This document shows positions 46,221-56,338 of a stretch of DNA of 64,000 bases, piece after piece. The translations under genes were made by a program, and so were the position numbers. This stretch comes from an uncultured delta proteobacterium (lineage in GTDB: Bacteria > Desulfobacterota > Binatia > Binatales > Binataceae). Position 1 is the first letter of the stretch. Every line of letters starts with the position of its first letter. Location of the stretch: NCBI GenBank assembly GCA_963765675.1, contig CAVXXK010000004.1, forward strand, positions 32,001 to 96,000. The letters run 5' to 3'. The notes beneath the pieces are model-generated. The model worked only from the letters and a program-made list of their open reading frames with translations. It had not been told where the DNA came from and did no database searches.

Positions 46221-49118
46221 ATGACGCCCGCGACCAAAGCGCTCGAACGCAAGCTCGCCTCGTCCATCGAGGGCGACGTGCGCTTCGATATCGGCACGCT
46301 CGCCGCCTACTCGACCGACGCGTCGAACTACCGCCAGATTCCAATCGGCGTGATCGTCCCGCGCCACAACGGCGATATCGGCGCCGCGCTCACAATCGCG
46401 CGCGAGAACAGGATACCGATCCTCGCGCGCGGAGGCGGCACCAGCCTCGGCGGGCAGGCCGCCAACGCGGCACTGGTGCTGGATTTTTCGAAGTACATGA
46501 ACCGAATCATCGCGATCGACGCCGCGCGCGGACGCGCCGTCGTCGAGCCCGGCGTCGTGCAGAGCGACCTGAATGCCGCGCTCGCGCCGCACGGCTTGTT
46601 CTTCGCACCCGATCCCTCGACCAAGGATCGATGCACGATCGGCGGGATGATCGGCAATAACTCCTGCGGCGCGCACTCCGCCGCGTACGGCAAGACCGTC
46701 GATAATCTCGAAGCGCTCGACGCGATTCTCTACGACGGCACCGAATTGAAACTCCGGGGCGCGATGGACGACGCCGCAATCGCCTCGACGCTCGCGGGCG
46801 GCGATCGCACAGCGGCGCTCGTCCGCGCGATGCTCGCGATACGCGATCGCAACGCCGATTCGGTTCGTGCGCACTATCCGCAAATCCCGCGCCGCGTTTC
46901 CGGCTACAACCTCGACGAGCTTCTGCCCGAGCGCGGCTTCAACCTCGCGCGCGCAATCGTCGGCTCCGAGGGCACTTGCGCAATCACGACCGCCGCCACG
47001 CTGCGCGTCGTGCCGCGTCCCAAAAATGTCGCGGTGCTGGTGCTCGGTTTCGACGACGTGTTCACCGCCGCCGACCAGATGCCGTGGATGCTGGCGCATC
47101 GGCCCGAGGCGCTCGAAGGCTTCGATCAGAATCTGCCCGATTTCGCGCGCCAGAAGAAAATGCCGGGGGTAAAGTTCCTGCCCGACGGACGCGCCTTCCT
47201 GGTCGTCGAGCTCGGCGGAGGATCGGCGGACGAAGCGCGCGGCCGCGCCGAGAGCATGCTCGCCGAGGCGCGCCGAATCGCCACGTCAACCGGCGCGGCG
47301 CTTCTGACCGACGCCGGCGAGCAATCGGCCGTGTGGAAAATCCGCGAGTCCGGCCTCGGCTCGAGCGCCTATATCGCCGGCCGTCCTCGCACTTGGCCCG
47401 GCGCGGAAGACGCGGCCGTCGCACCGGCGAAGCTCGGTGAGTACCTGCGCCGCTTCGACGCGATGCTCCAGAAGCACCGGCTTATCGCCGCGACCTACTA
47501 CGGCCATTTCGGCGAAGGATGCGTTCACGCGCGAATCAGCTTCGACCTCGCGAGCGACGCCGGCGTGCGCGTGTTCCGCGCCGCAATGGAAGATCTCGCC
47601 ACGATCGTCGCCGAACTCGGCGGCTCGCTCTCCGGCGAGCATGGCGACGGAATTGCGCGCTCCGAACTTCTGCCGGCGATGTATCCGCGCGATCTGATCG
47701 ACGCCTTCCGCGACTTCAAGCACGCGTTCGATCCCGACTCGCGGATGAATCCCGGTGTGATCGTCGATCCGCATCCGCTCGATTCGCATCTCAAGCAGGG
47801 CGCTGGATGGAACCCGCGCGCCGTCGCGACGCACTTCGACTTCGCGAGTGAAGGCGGCCTCGCCGGCGCGGCGCTCAAGTGCGTCGGAATCGGAAAATGC
47901 CGCAAGACCGACGCCGGCGCGATGTGCCCGTCGTATATGGCGACGCGCGAGGAGAAGCATTCGACGCGCGGTCGCGCGCGAATAATTCTCGAGGCGCTGG
48001 CAGGCGACACTCTCCCCGGCGGCTTCACCGACCCCGCGCTCAAAGAGGCCCTCGACCTGTGCCTCGCGTGCAAAGCATGCAAGGGCGAGTGCCCGTCGTC
48101 GATCGATATGGCAGCGTATCGCGCGGAATTTTTTTCGCACTACTACGCCGAGCATCGCCGCCCGCTCGCCGCACATTTTTTTGGACGGATGCACGAGTTC
48201 GCGCGCATCGCGGAGATCGCTCCGCACCTCGTCAACGCGCTCGCGAACGCACCCGTAACCGGAGCGCTCGCGCGCCGCGCGCTGGGAATCCATCGCGGGC
48301 GCGAGCTGCCGCGCTTCGCGCCGAGCACCTTCCGATCGTGGTTCGCGTCGCGCCGACCTGCAAAAGCTTCAGCCGCTGATGCGCGCGAGGTGATTCTGTT
48401 CCCAGACACCTTCAACAATTTCTTCGAACCCAATGTCGCGATCGCCGCGGTCGAGGTCCTCGAACGCGCCGGCTTTCGCGTCTCGATTCCCGCACGCGAC
48501 GTATGCTGCGGGCGCCCGCTCTACGACCAGGGGATGCTCGATCGCGCCAAGCGCTATCTCGCGCGCGTGCTCGACGTTCTCGCGCCGGCGGCCGCGCGCG
48601 GCACTCCAGTTATCGGCCTTGAACCGAGCTGTATCCTGACATTTCGCGACGAGCTGCCGTCGATGTTTCCGAGTGACGCGCGCGCCGCCGCGCTAGCCGA
48701 GCGCTCGATGCTTCTAGCCGAATTTCTGGCACGCGAGGCTCCCAACTTCGTGCCGCCAGCGCTCGGCGCAACCGCCCTACTGCACGGACACTGCCATCAG
48801 CAGGCGCTCGCGGGAGTCGGCGCAGAGACCTCGATTCTCGCGCGGGTGGGCGGCCTCAAGCTCAATGTCCTCGACGCAGGATGCTGCGGGATGGCGGGTG
48901 CTTTCGGCTACAGCGCCGAACACTATTCCGTGTCGCGCGCGGCCGGAGAGCGCGTGCTCGCCCCGACGATTCGCGATAGCCCCAACGCCGCGATCATCAT
49001 CGCCGACGGCTTTTCGTGCCGCACGCAGATTCGCCATCTGTGTCCCGGACGCCGCCCGATGCATCTGGCCGAGGTGCTTAATCTCTCCGCCTCTACCGGC
49101 GCCGCTCGCAGCGCTTAA
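46221..49118 (+). CDS. FAD-linked 2-hydroxyacid oxidoreductase fused to a Fe-S/CCG domain (GlcD-GlcF fusion, YdiJ-like)
   Basis: RGGGTSLGGQ, GGMIGNNSCG, GSEG, SGEHGDG, CVGIGKC...MCPS, CLACKACKGECP, CCG and HGHCH motifs. Confidence 0.9.
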   Translation: MTPATKALERKLASSIEGDVRFDIGTLAAYSTDASNYRQIPIGVIVPRHNGDIGAALTIARENRIPILARGGGTSLGGQAANAALVLDFSKYMNRIIAIDAARGRAVVEPGVVQSDLNAALAPHGLFFAPDPSTKDRCTIGGMIGNNSCGAHSAAYGKTVDNLEALDAILYDGTELKLRGAMDDAAIASTLAGGDRTAALVRAMLAIRDRNADSVRAHYPQIPRRVSGYNLDELLPERGFNLARAIVGSEGTCAITTAATLRVVPRPKNVAVLVLGFDDVFTAADQMPWMLAHRPEALEGFDQNLPDFARQKKMPGVKFLPDGRAFLVVELGGGSADEARGRAESMLAEARRIATSTGAALLTDAGEQSAVWKIRESGLGSSAYIAGRPRTWPGAEDAAVAPAKLGEYLRRFDAMLQKHRLIAATYYGHFGEGCVHARISFDLASDAGVRVFRAAMEDLATIVAELGGSLSGEHGDGIARSELLPAMYPRDLIDAFRDFKHAFDPDSRMNPGVIVDPHPLDSHLKQGAGWNPRAVATHFDFASEGGLAGAALKCVGIGKCRKTDAGAMCPSYMATREEKHSTRGRARIILEALAGDTLPGGFTDPALKEALDLCLACKACKGECPSSIDMAAYRAEFFSHYYAEHRRPLAAHFFGRMHEFARIAEIAPHLVNALANAPVTGALARRALGIHRGRELPRFAPSTFRSWFASRRPAKASAADAREVILFPDTFNNFFEPNVAIAAVEVLERAGFRVSIPARDVCCGRPLYDQGMLDRAKRYLARVLDVLAPAAARGTPVIGLEPSCILTFRDELPSMFPSDARAAALAERSMLLAEFLAREAPNFVPPALGATALLHGHCHQQALAGVGAETSILARVGGLKLNVLDAGCCGMAGAFGYSAEHYSVSRAAGERVLAPTIRDSPNAAIIIADGFSCRTQIRHLCPGRRPMHLAEVLNLSASTGAARSA

Positions 49119-49191
49119 TTGAACGATCGTTTATTGGTTTCAGATCGGCCGCGGCGTGCGCTAGATTCGAGGCGCTGGAGAAATACTCATC

Positions 49192-50229
49192 ATGATGAAG
49201 CTTGGAATCACGATCCCGTTCGATCCGTTTTCGAATACCCATTTCAAGGACCTTGTACGGACCGCCGACCGCTGTGGTTACACCGAGGCGTGGTCGTACG
49301 AATCATTCTCGACCGACGCATTCTCGCCGATCACCGCCGCCGCGATGCTTTCGGACAAGATGCATTTTGGCAGCGCAATCGTACCCGTGTTTAGCCGGCC
49401 TCCGGCGCTGATCGCGATGTCCGCGATCACCACGCAACTGCTCTCCGGCGGGCGCTTCGTGCTGGGTCTCGGCATCTCGACGCCGAATATCATGGAGAAC
49501 TGGATGAACGTGCCGTTTCGCAAGCCGGTCACGATGATCCGGGAGACGGTCGAGGCGCTGCGAGCGATCTTTCGCGGCGAGAAAGTCACAATGGCCGGCA
49601 AGATGATCAAACTGAACGGCTTCCGGCTCGATATTCCGTTCGACAATCCGCCGCCGATCTATATCGGAGCACAAGGCGCGCAGATGCTACGGATCGCGGG
49701 CGAAATCGGCGACGGCGTGATCGTCAATTTCATCACACCCGAAACTCTGCCCCCGATGCTCGACGAGACGCGCAACGCGATGCGTACGGCCGGCAAGGAT
49801 CCCGCAAAGCTCGACGTCGCATGCCGGATCATCTGCGCCGTCGATGAAGACGAAGCGACCGTTCGCGCGATGTTCCGGCGCGCGCTCACCGCCTACGTCA
49901 CCGTTCCGCAATACAACAAGTTCTTCAAGGAGATCGGTTACGAGAAAGAGGCGGGAATCGCATTCGACGCGTGGGCAGCCGGCGATCGTAAGAAGGCGCT
50001 CGAATCGATTCCGGACGGGATGGTCGAAAAGATTTTTGTCTTCGGCACGCCGGAGAAATGTGCGAAGCGACTGCGCGATTATGAACGCGCGGGAATAACC
50101 GCGAGCGCGCTCCAGTTCTCGTCGTTCGCAAAATCTCCCGACGAGCGCCGGGCAAACGTGCTGCGTGCGATCGAGCGCCTGGGCGACGCCTGGCGTAAGT
50201 CGGCCTGGTCGATCAGCATTCCACGCTGA
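49192..50229 (+). CDS. LLM-class (F420/flavin) oxidoreductase
   Basis: AWSYE, RPPALIAM, SGGRFVLGLG and IYIGAQG..ML..AGEIGDG motifs. Confidence 0.88.
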   Translation: MMKLGITIPFDPFSNTHFKDLVRTADRCGYTEAWSYESFSTDAFSPITAAAMLSDKMHFGSAIVPVFSRPPALIAMSAITTQLLSGGRFVLGLGISTPNIMENWMNVPFRKPVTMIRETVEALRAIFRGEKVTMAGKMIKLNGFRLDIPFDNPPPIYIGAQGAQMLRIAGEIGDGVIVNFITPETLPPMLDETRNAMRTAGKDPAKLDVACRIICAVDEDEATVRAMFRRALTAYVTVPQYNKFFKEIGYEKEAGIAFDAWAAGDRKKALESIPDGMVEKIFVFGTPEKCAKRLRDYERAGITASALQFSSFAKSPDERRANVLRAIERLGDAWRKSAWSISIPR

Positions 50230-50264
50230 AAAAAGAAGCGCCCGGCTGGGAGGGAGCCGGGCGC
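50229..50264 (-). terminator. Intrinsic terminator between convergent genes
   Basis: GCGCCCGGCT-N7-AGCCGGGCGC stem with TTCTTTTTT on the minus strand. Confidence 0.75.
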
Positions 50265-50321
50265 CGGGACCGGAGTTTAGGCGCTGGCGCACGCCTTAAG
50301 TCTCCGGGATTGCTTTCGCGC

Positions 50322-51168
50322 TTAGTGGATAAAGTTGCCGAGCAGCGGCAGCGCTGACATAAGACCGCCCTGCTGTCCGTAGTACGGGTTCGCTCCGTAA
50401 CCGTTGTAGCCATTGTTCCCGTCGTAGCCGCCGTATCCGTTGTAGCCGCCATTGCCGCCCATGCCCATCAACGCCGCGAGCGGGCTCGCCTGCTGATAGC
50501 CCTCGTACCCGTAACCGCCGCGCCCCATCGCATATCCGCCGCCGGCGATCCCGAGCTTCGAGTTCACGTCGCCCAGTTTCTTGTTCACCTCTGAGAGCTG
50601 CTCATGCAGGTATGGATATTCGAGGAAGTTGGACCCCGAGTTGAGCTGCCGCTCGAGACTGGCCTTCTGCGCAAGCAATCGACCGCGATACGCCATCAGC
50701 GCCGGCCTGCCGTAGCCGGATTGGCCATAGCGTATGCGGACTGGCCATATCCGTAACCCGGCTCCGCGTATGCGGATGGATAACCGCCGACTCGCAGTTG
50801 TTCGCGATCGGCATCGGAGCGGCGTAGTTGTCGTATCCGTAGTACGGGCTGTAGCCGTTGTAATAGCCGCGCGGCTGATACGCGTATTGATTCAGGCGGT
50901 TGTCAGCGCGCACCCGCGCCGCGTTGCGCTCCCAGTTGCCGTGATGCTGGAAGGCCAAATTGCGGCCATTTTCGCGCGCCTGGAAGTTACGCACCGGATT
51001 GCGCTGCGCCATCGCGCGCGCGGTATTGAACCGTGGAGCGACCGGTGAATTGCGCGAGGCCGCGGCGCGCGCTTCGGCGTCGCGACGGGTTTTAGCATTG
51101 GCGGCGATAGGCGCTGCCATTATTGAGATTGCGATCAGAGCTGCGAAAAATCGCGATTTGGATTTCAC
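50322..51168 (-). CDS. Secreted Gly/Tyr/Asn-rich low-complexity protein with two apparent -1 frameshifts (~50793, ~50731)
   Basis: GTG start after GGAGG and a signal peptide ending ANA. Adding one G at each site gives a continuous GVGGYPSAYAEPGYGYGQSAYGYGQSGYGRPALMAY join, about 282 aa in total. Confidence 0.6.
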
Positions 51169-51364
51169 TTTCGTCTTCCTCCGCCATTTATAAGAGAGCA
51201 TCAACGATGCCATCGGGCAGCAAACAAAAACTGTCCATTCCTCCTGCGACTTTCGCTGTCGCCTGTTCGTCGGCCTCGACCGAGTCGGTCCTCGTGGCCC
51301 GAAAGGGGTTTAACGATTGGTCATTATCGGTTTTCATTGCGTTTCGTTCACATTCGGCCGCCAG

Positions 51365-51399
51365 ACAAACAGGGCGCCCGTGCATCACGGACGCCCCTG
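51365..51399 (-). terminator. Probable intrinsic terminator
   Basis: CAGGGCG-CCCGTG-CAT-CACGG-ACGCCCCTG stem followed by TTTGT on the minus strand, downstream of the 83-aa gene. Confidence 0.5.
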
Positions 51400-51423
51400 C
51401 TCGCGCTTCACAAACGGTCGGAC

Positions 51424-51675
51424 TTAATAACGATAGTAGACCGGTGGCACATATCCGTTGCGATACGCGTAGGGCTGACTGAGCTCCCAGCGATGCCGTG
51501 CGAGATACGGATGCTCCCGCAGGAACCAGTAGCGTTGCGCCGGACCCATTGTCTCGAAGCGCTGGGCCAACTCGGCGCGGCGCCAGGCAGGTCGCGGATG
51601 AGCGGAGGCAACGGCGGGTGCCGCGAACATCGCGAATCCAAACAGTGCCGCCAGAATAGTCATCTTGGTTTTCAT
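51424..51675 (-). CDS. Small secreted Arg/Tyr-rich hypothetical protein
   Basis: AGGAGG SD, signal peptide ending ASA, 83 aa. Confidence 0.7.
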   Translation of the reverse strand: MKTKMTILAALFGFAMFAAPAVASAHPRPAWRRAELAQRFETMGPAQRYWFLREHPYLARHRWELSQPYAYRNGYVPPVYYRY

Positions 51676-51790
51676 GATTTCCAACCTCCTGCCTGTTAGA
51701 CGCCGCAGGTCGAAAAATCGTGACAAGAATTTCGTTACGTGATGGTAATGAACGGACGGTAAGGAGAGAATCTGATTTCGTAAACGCGAT

Positions 51791-52069
51791 CTAGACGAAA
51801 GTGCGCCGCGCGATGTAATACATCGCGGCGCCTACGCCCGCGTATACCGCGATTCCCTCAAGCAGGCTCACTCCACTGGTCACCAGGAACAGCCCGAGCA
51901 CCAGAGCGGTCGCCACTATCGCGACCACCTGCTCAATGCGCCGCTCGCGCTTCTGCACGCGCGCGACGTGCGCGGTAATCTGCGCGCCGCAATTGGGGCA
52001 TACACCGCCGCGCTTGACGATCAGGTCGGCCTCGCATTCGGGACATTCAATTTTAGTACGCAGCGGCAT
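51791..52069 (-). CDS. Zinc-ribbon membrane protein
   Basis: CPEC...CPNC followed by two TM helices. Confidence 0.75.
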   Translation of the reverse strand: MPLRTKIECPECEADLIVKRGGVCPNCGAQITAHVARVQKRERRIEQVVAIVATALVLGLFLVTSGVSLLEGIAVYAGVGAAMYYIARRTFV

Positions 52070-52213
52070 CGCGGACTTACGACCCTAGGCGCGGCTGCAG
52101 CCAGGTGCAACATCGCAGCCCTTCCCTTGCGGGCCACCGGCAAACGCTACTACATTCGCGGGCGAGTCGCCGAATGCCTGCACTTATTCGTCGCAGTCTC
52201 CAGGAGCTAGACG

Positions 52214-52747
52214 ATGACCTCAGCCGCACATCTTGCCCCGCTCGCGGACAATCCCGAAGTCATCGCAGCTCTGGCTGACATCCTGATCGAAGTGGTGGCA
52301 AATGGCGGCTCGGTCCACTTCATGCACCCGCTGGCGCGGAGCGTCGCGGCGGACTTCTGGAAAGATTCGCTTGATCGCGCGGCGTCAGGCGGACGCGTGG
52401 TGCTGGGCGCATGGGAAGGCGATAATCTGATCGGCACGGTGACGCTGGACCTCGCGATGCCGCCGAACCAACCGCATCGCGCCGAGATCGGCAAACTGAT
52501 GACGCGCGTCAGCCATCGCGGCCGCGGTGTCGCGCGAAGCCTGATGCTCGAGGCCGAGCGCATCGCCGTCGAGCGCGGCCGCACGCTCCTGGTCCTCGAC
52601 ACCGCCGACGACGGCGGCGCGGCTGGACTATACGAGCGCATCGGCTATCACCGAGTCGGCCTCATTCCCGGCTATGCACTGAAACCTCACGGCGGCCTCA
52701 CCGGCACAATCATCTACTTCAAACCGATCGGTACTGCCGCGATGTAG
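52214..52747 (+). CDS. GNAT acetyltransferase
   Basis: PNQPHRAEIGKL, RGRGVA, LVLDT and LYERIG motifs. Confidence 0.9.
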   Translation: MTSAAHLAPLADNPEVIAALADILIEVVANGGSVHFMHPLARSVAADFWKDSLDRAASGGRVVLGAWEGDNLIGTVTLDLAMPPNQPHRAEIGKLMTRVSHRGRGVARSLMLEAERIAVERGRTLLVLDTADDGGAAGLYERIGYHRVGLIPGYALKPHGGLTGTIIYFKPIGTAAM

Positions 52748-52808
52748 GTCATTGCGCGCCTGGATCCCGCGCAAGGCATCCGGCGCATGAGGCCATTGCA
52801 TGAAAAAC

Positions 52809-52844
52809 GCAAAGGCGGTCCCTTACAGGACCGCCCTGCTTTGT
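52809..52844. terminator. Bidirectional terminator candidate
   Basis: GGCGGTCC-N6-GGACCGCC stem flanked by A-rich and T-rich tracts, between convergent genes. Confidence 0.6.
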
Positions 52845-52892
52845 TCCGCGTCGCCGTTGCGACGCGGGATTATCGAACCTCGTTCGCGCCCG

Positions 52893-53462
52893 TCAGGCGC
52901 GGGCTTTGCGTAGCTTCGAGGCCGGCGCGCTGTGCGACGCGTGGACGCGATGCACGCGCTTATGGTGATTCGACGCCGCCGTCTGGACCGCTTTGGGAGC
53001 CAGTTTGGCTACCGGCGTAGGCGCCACGGTCGCAGCCTGCGGCAACTCGGCCATCACCGGCGCGGGATTCGCCAGCGCGTACGCCGCTTCGGCCTCGAGC
53101 GCCAGGCGCCGGCGCTCAATGGCGACGATCTTCTTCTCTTTCCACTTGCGCAGCCCGATCCGCATGTACTCAGGATTGATATCGAGCATGTCGCAGACAT
53201 TGTCGAACGAGAAGACCCAGCGCTTGTCCTCGTGGCCGATCCATTCGTCGGCTTCGCGGAACAGCCGTTGGCCCTTGTTCGTGGCCGAGTCGATGCACTT
53301 CATGAAGCACTCGATCGCGTCTTCGAGCACGCTCAGGATGAGCCGCTTTTCGCCCTCGAGCAGATGCTTTTTGCGCATCGCCTCGAAATACTGGATCGGC
53401 AACAGCGTGTCGGGTTCGAACAGCCCCGGCAGCTTTTCGTCAAGTGTCTCCTTCTCCTGCAT
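52893..53462 (-). CDS. Hypothetical protein (LEDA..CF / WxFSF..VC core) with Ala/basic tail
   Basis: AGGAG SD before ATG 53462; well-formed globular core; host-like codon usage. Confidence 0.75.
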   Translation of the reverse strand: MQEKETLDEKLPGLFEPDTLLPIQYFEAMRKKHLLEGEKRLILSVLEDAIECFMKCIDSATNKGQRLFREADEWIGHEDKRWVFSFDNVCDMLDINPEYMRIGLRKWKEKKIVAIERRRLALEAEAAYALANPAPVMAELPQAATVAPTPVAKLAPKAVQTAASNHHKRVHRVHASHSAPASKLRKARA

Positions 53463-53556
53463 CTTCTCTCCCTTGTCCGTCCTCAAGCCTTCACTTGCTG
53501 CTTCCACCACCCCACACCTCCTCGATTTATTCAGACGCTCGTCCCCGCGCGTCTAT

Positions 53557-53781
53557 TCACTCGTCTTCGTTCTGTTCCTGGTAAATTTCGTTCCACGCCA
53601 TCTGGATTGCTTCCAGCTTCGCTTCAGTCGATCCCTGCGGATCGTCGCCGAATTCGTCCAGATCAATTACCCATTGCCGTAGATCTACGAACCGCGCGTC
53701 GAGCGGATTCAGCCCCGGATGATTCTCGGCGAGCACTTCGGCCAGTTCTTCGGCCTGATCCCATTTCAGTTCCATCGCCAT
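53557..53781 (-). CDS. iscX: Fe-S cluster assembly protein IscX
   Basis: LKW...LAE, RFVDLRQWV..L..F.DDP and LEAIQMAW motifs. Confidence 0.93.
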   Translation of the reverse strand: MAMELKWDQAEELAEVLAENHPGLNPLDARFVDLRQWVIDLDEFGDDPQGSTEAKLEAIQMAWNEIYQEQNEDE

Positions 53782-53798
53782 GTCTTCATCCTCCGCGG

Positions 53799-55662
53799 CT
53801 ACGACATCTGCTCGACTGACTTCTTCTCGAGCGCCAGCTTGATCGCTGCGTCCATGATCCGGCCCGCGAACGGCGTGCTTAGCTCGTTCAACTCTTCGAC
53901 CAGATTTGAGATGAGCTCGCGATCCTGTCCGATACGCGCCGCCTCCAGCTTCTCCGCCACCGCCGCCAACCGCGCGCGCTCTCCGGCATCGATCAGATGC
54001 GAATACTCACCGAGCTGTTTTCCAAGTGCCGCCAGGATTTGCTCGGCGTCGTTGCGAGCCACGATCAAGAGCCGCTGCTCCAGATCCTGCTCGCCGAGAT
54101 CGATCGCCTCCTCGAGCATCCGTTCGATCTCCTCGTCGTTCAGACCGTACGAGGGCTTGACGTCAACCGAATGCTCGCGGCCAGTGCGCTCGTCGCGGGC
54201 GCTGACATTTAGTATCCCGTTTGCATCGATGAGGAAAGTGACGGCGATACGGGGTAAACCGGCAGGCTGTGGATCAATTGGTCCGAGCTTGAACCGCGCA
54301 AGGCTGCGGCAGTCGGCCGCAAGCTCGCGCTCGCCCTGCACCACGTGGACATCGACGTGCGTTTGATTGTCCACCGCGGTGGTGAACATCTCGGTCACGC
54401 TGGTCGGAATTGTGGTGTTGCGATGAATCAGCCGCTCCATCACGCCGCCCATCGTCTCGATTCCGAGCGACAGCGGCACCACGTCGAGCAGCAGCATGTC
54501 GCCCTGCTTGCCCATCAGGACGCTGGCCTGGATCGCTGCGCCGAGCGCGACAACTTCATCGGGATCGATCGAGCACAGCGGCTCGCGGCCGAAGAGATCG
54601 CGCACCCGCTCGCGCACGATCGGCATCCGCGTCGATCCTCCGACCAGAACGATCGCATTGATGTCGGCGGCCGAAAGCTTCGCGTCCTTGAGCGCCATCT
54701 TGCAGCGCTCGAGCGTGCGCGCGACCAGAGGCTCCGCGATTTTTTCGAGCTCGGAGCGCGTGAGAGTCTTCTTGACGCGATTCCCCCGCAGATCGAGCGT
54801 GATCTCTGTGGTCCGACGCGTCGGTCAGGCGCTGTTTCGCCGCCTCGGCGGCGCTGCGCGCGCTGTTCCATACGTGGCGGTCGCGAATAACTTCATCGGG
54901 CAGCCCGGCCAGCATCCATTCGACGATCGCGCGGTCGATATCGTCGCCGCCGAGATGCGTATCGCCGTTGGTGGCAAGGACCTCGAAGATTCCCTGCTTG
55001 ATGCTCAAAATCGAAATGTCGAAAGTGCCGCCACCAAAGTCGTAAACCGCGACGTTGCCCTCCGCGAGCTTGCCGAGTCCGTAGGCGAGCGACGCCGCGG
55101 TGGGTTCGTTTACCAGCCGCACGACTTCCAGACCCGCCAAGCGCCCCGCGTCCTTGGTCGCCTGGCGCTGCCCGTCGTTGAAGTACGCGGGCACGGTGAT
55201 AACCACACGATCGACCGTCTCGCCAGTCGCGCGTTCGGCGCGTTCCTTTAGCGCGCGCAGGATCTCGGCCGAGATTTGCGGAGGGGTGAGCGTGCGTTTG
55301 CCGACCTGGAAGCGAACTACCGGACCCGACAGATCGGCGAACGCATAGCGTGCGCGATCCTCCGGCGCGACGTCGGCGCCGCCCAAGCCCATGTAGCGTT
55401 TGACCGAGCGGATAACCGCGCCGTACTCGCCGCCGGAAAACCCGACCGCGCTGACCGTTCCGTCTTTCTCGGTAGTGAAGTGCGGCTCGAGCTCGATCGC
55501 GTGCGCTCCCGTATGCACCGCGCCGTCGGGCGCGATCGCGACGACCGAGGGCAACAGCGCCGCGCCGGATGCGGGATCGGCGATCACGCGCGGCTCGCCG
55601 CCTACCATCCGCGCGATCAGGCTATTGGTGGTGCCGAGATCGATTCCAAGTATTTGCGCCAT
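53799..55662 (-). CDS. hscA: Fe-S chaperone HscA (Hsp70) with one extra base near 54813
   Basis: [52 protein letters not shown] and VKPSYGL motifs. Removing one base gives about 620 aa; isc context. Confidence 0.92.
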
Positions 55663-55666
55663 CGCT

Positions 55667-56314
55667 TCAGGCCGCCTTCAAATTCCCGAGACCGAAATCG
55701 ACATCGCGCAGAAGCGTGTGCAGATAGGCAATATTCGAGAGAATCAGTTTAAGCTCAGTGGCCAATTCTTTTGCGTTCGAGCGGCCGAGATCCCACAGCA
55801 CGAAATTTCCGCGCAATGCGATCTGGTAGTCATTCATGACATTCATTAGCGCCGCGCGCCGCGCCTCGAGGTCGTCGGCCAGCACCTGAGCGCGGGCAGG
55901 GTCGCTGCGGACCGCCTCACGCAGGGTCGCGAGCTGCTCCTGGACATCGAATACAGTCTCGGCGATTTCCGGCGGCACCTGCTTGTTGTCGTCGGAGAGC
56001 TTCTCGCCGCGCATTTCGAGCCAGTAGAGTCCGCGCGTGACCGGCTCGCGCAAGGTGCGGTAGCTGCGGGTCAGAAGCGCGGTCGAGCGCAGGCTCGCGT
56101 CGCGCGCGCGCACGGGGGCCTGCGCGAATCGGTCGGGATGAATCTGGCGGCTCAGATCGTGATAAACGCGTTCAAGCGCACCCGGCTCGATCGCGAGCTT
56201 TTTGGGCAGCCCGAGCGCAGCGAAGCAGTCGAGTTCAACGCCGAGCGGCGTCGAACAGCTTTCGCAAATCAGCCGGGGCTCTTGCCGCCGTCCGCATGAC
56301 GGGCATTCGATCAT
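55667..56314 (-). CDS. hscB: Fe-S co-chaperone HscB with N-terminal CxxC..CxxC
   Basis: J-domain HPD (IHPDRF), [11 protein letters not shown] and CPSC/CESC motifs. Confidence 0.9.
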   Translation of the reverse strand: MIECPSCGRRQEPRLICESCSTPLGVELDCFAALGLPKKLAIEPGALERVYHDLSRQIHPDRFAQAPVRARDASLRSTALLTRSYRTLREPVTRGLYWLEMRGEKLSDDNKQVPPEIAETVFDVQEQLATLREAVRSDPARAQVLADDLEARRAALMNVMNDYQIALRGNFVLWDLGRSNAKELATELKLILSNIAYLHTLLRDVDFGLGNLKAA

Positions 56315-56338
56315 CGTTACGCCGCCGCATCCCCTCGT

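Noticed and set aside
51188-51388. 66-aa ORF or 16-aa leader peptide MDSFCLLPDGIVDALL
   Set aside because: The SD-like GGAGG is only 1 nt from the ATG, there are no motifs, and the longer ORF overlaps a terminator hairpin.
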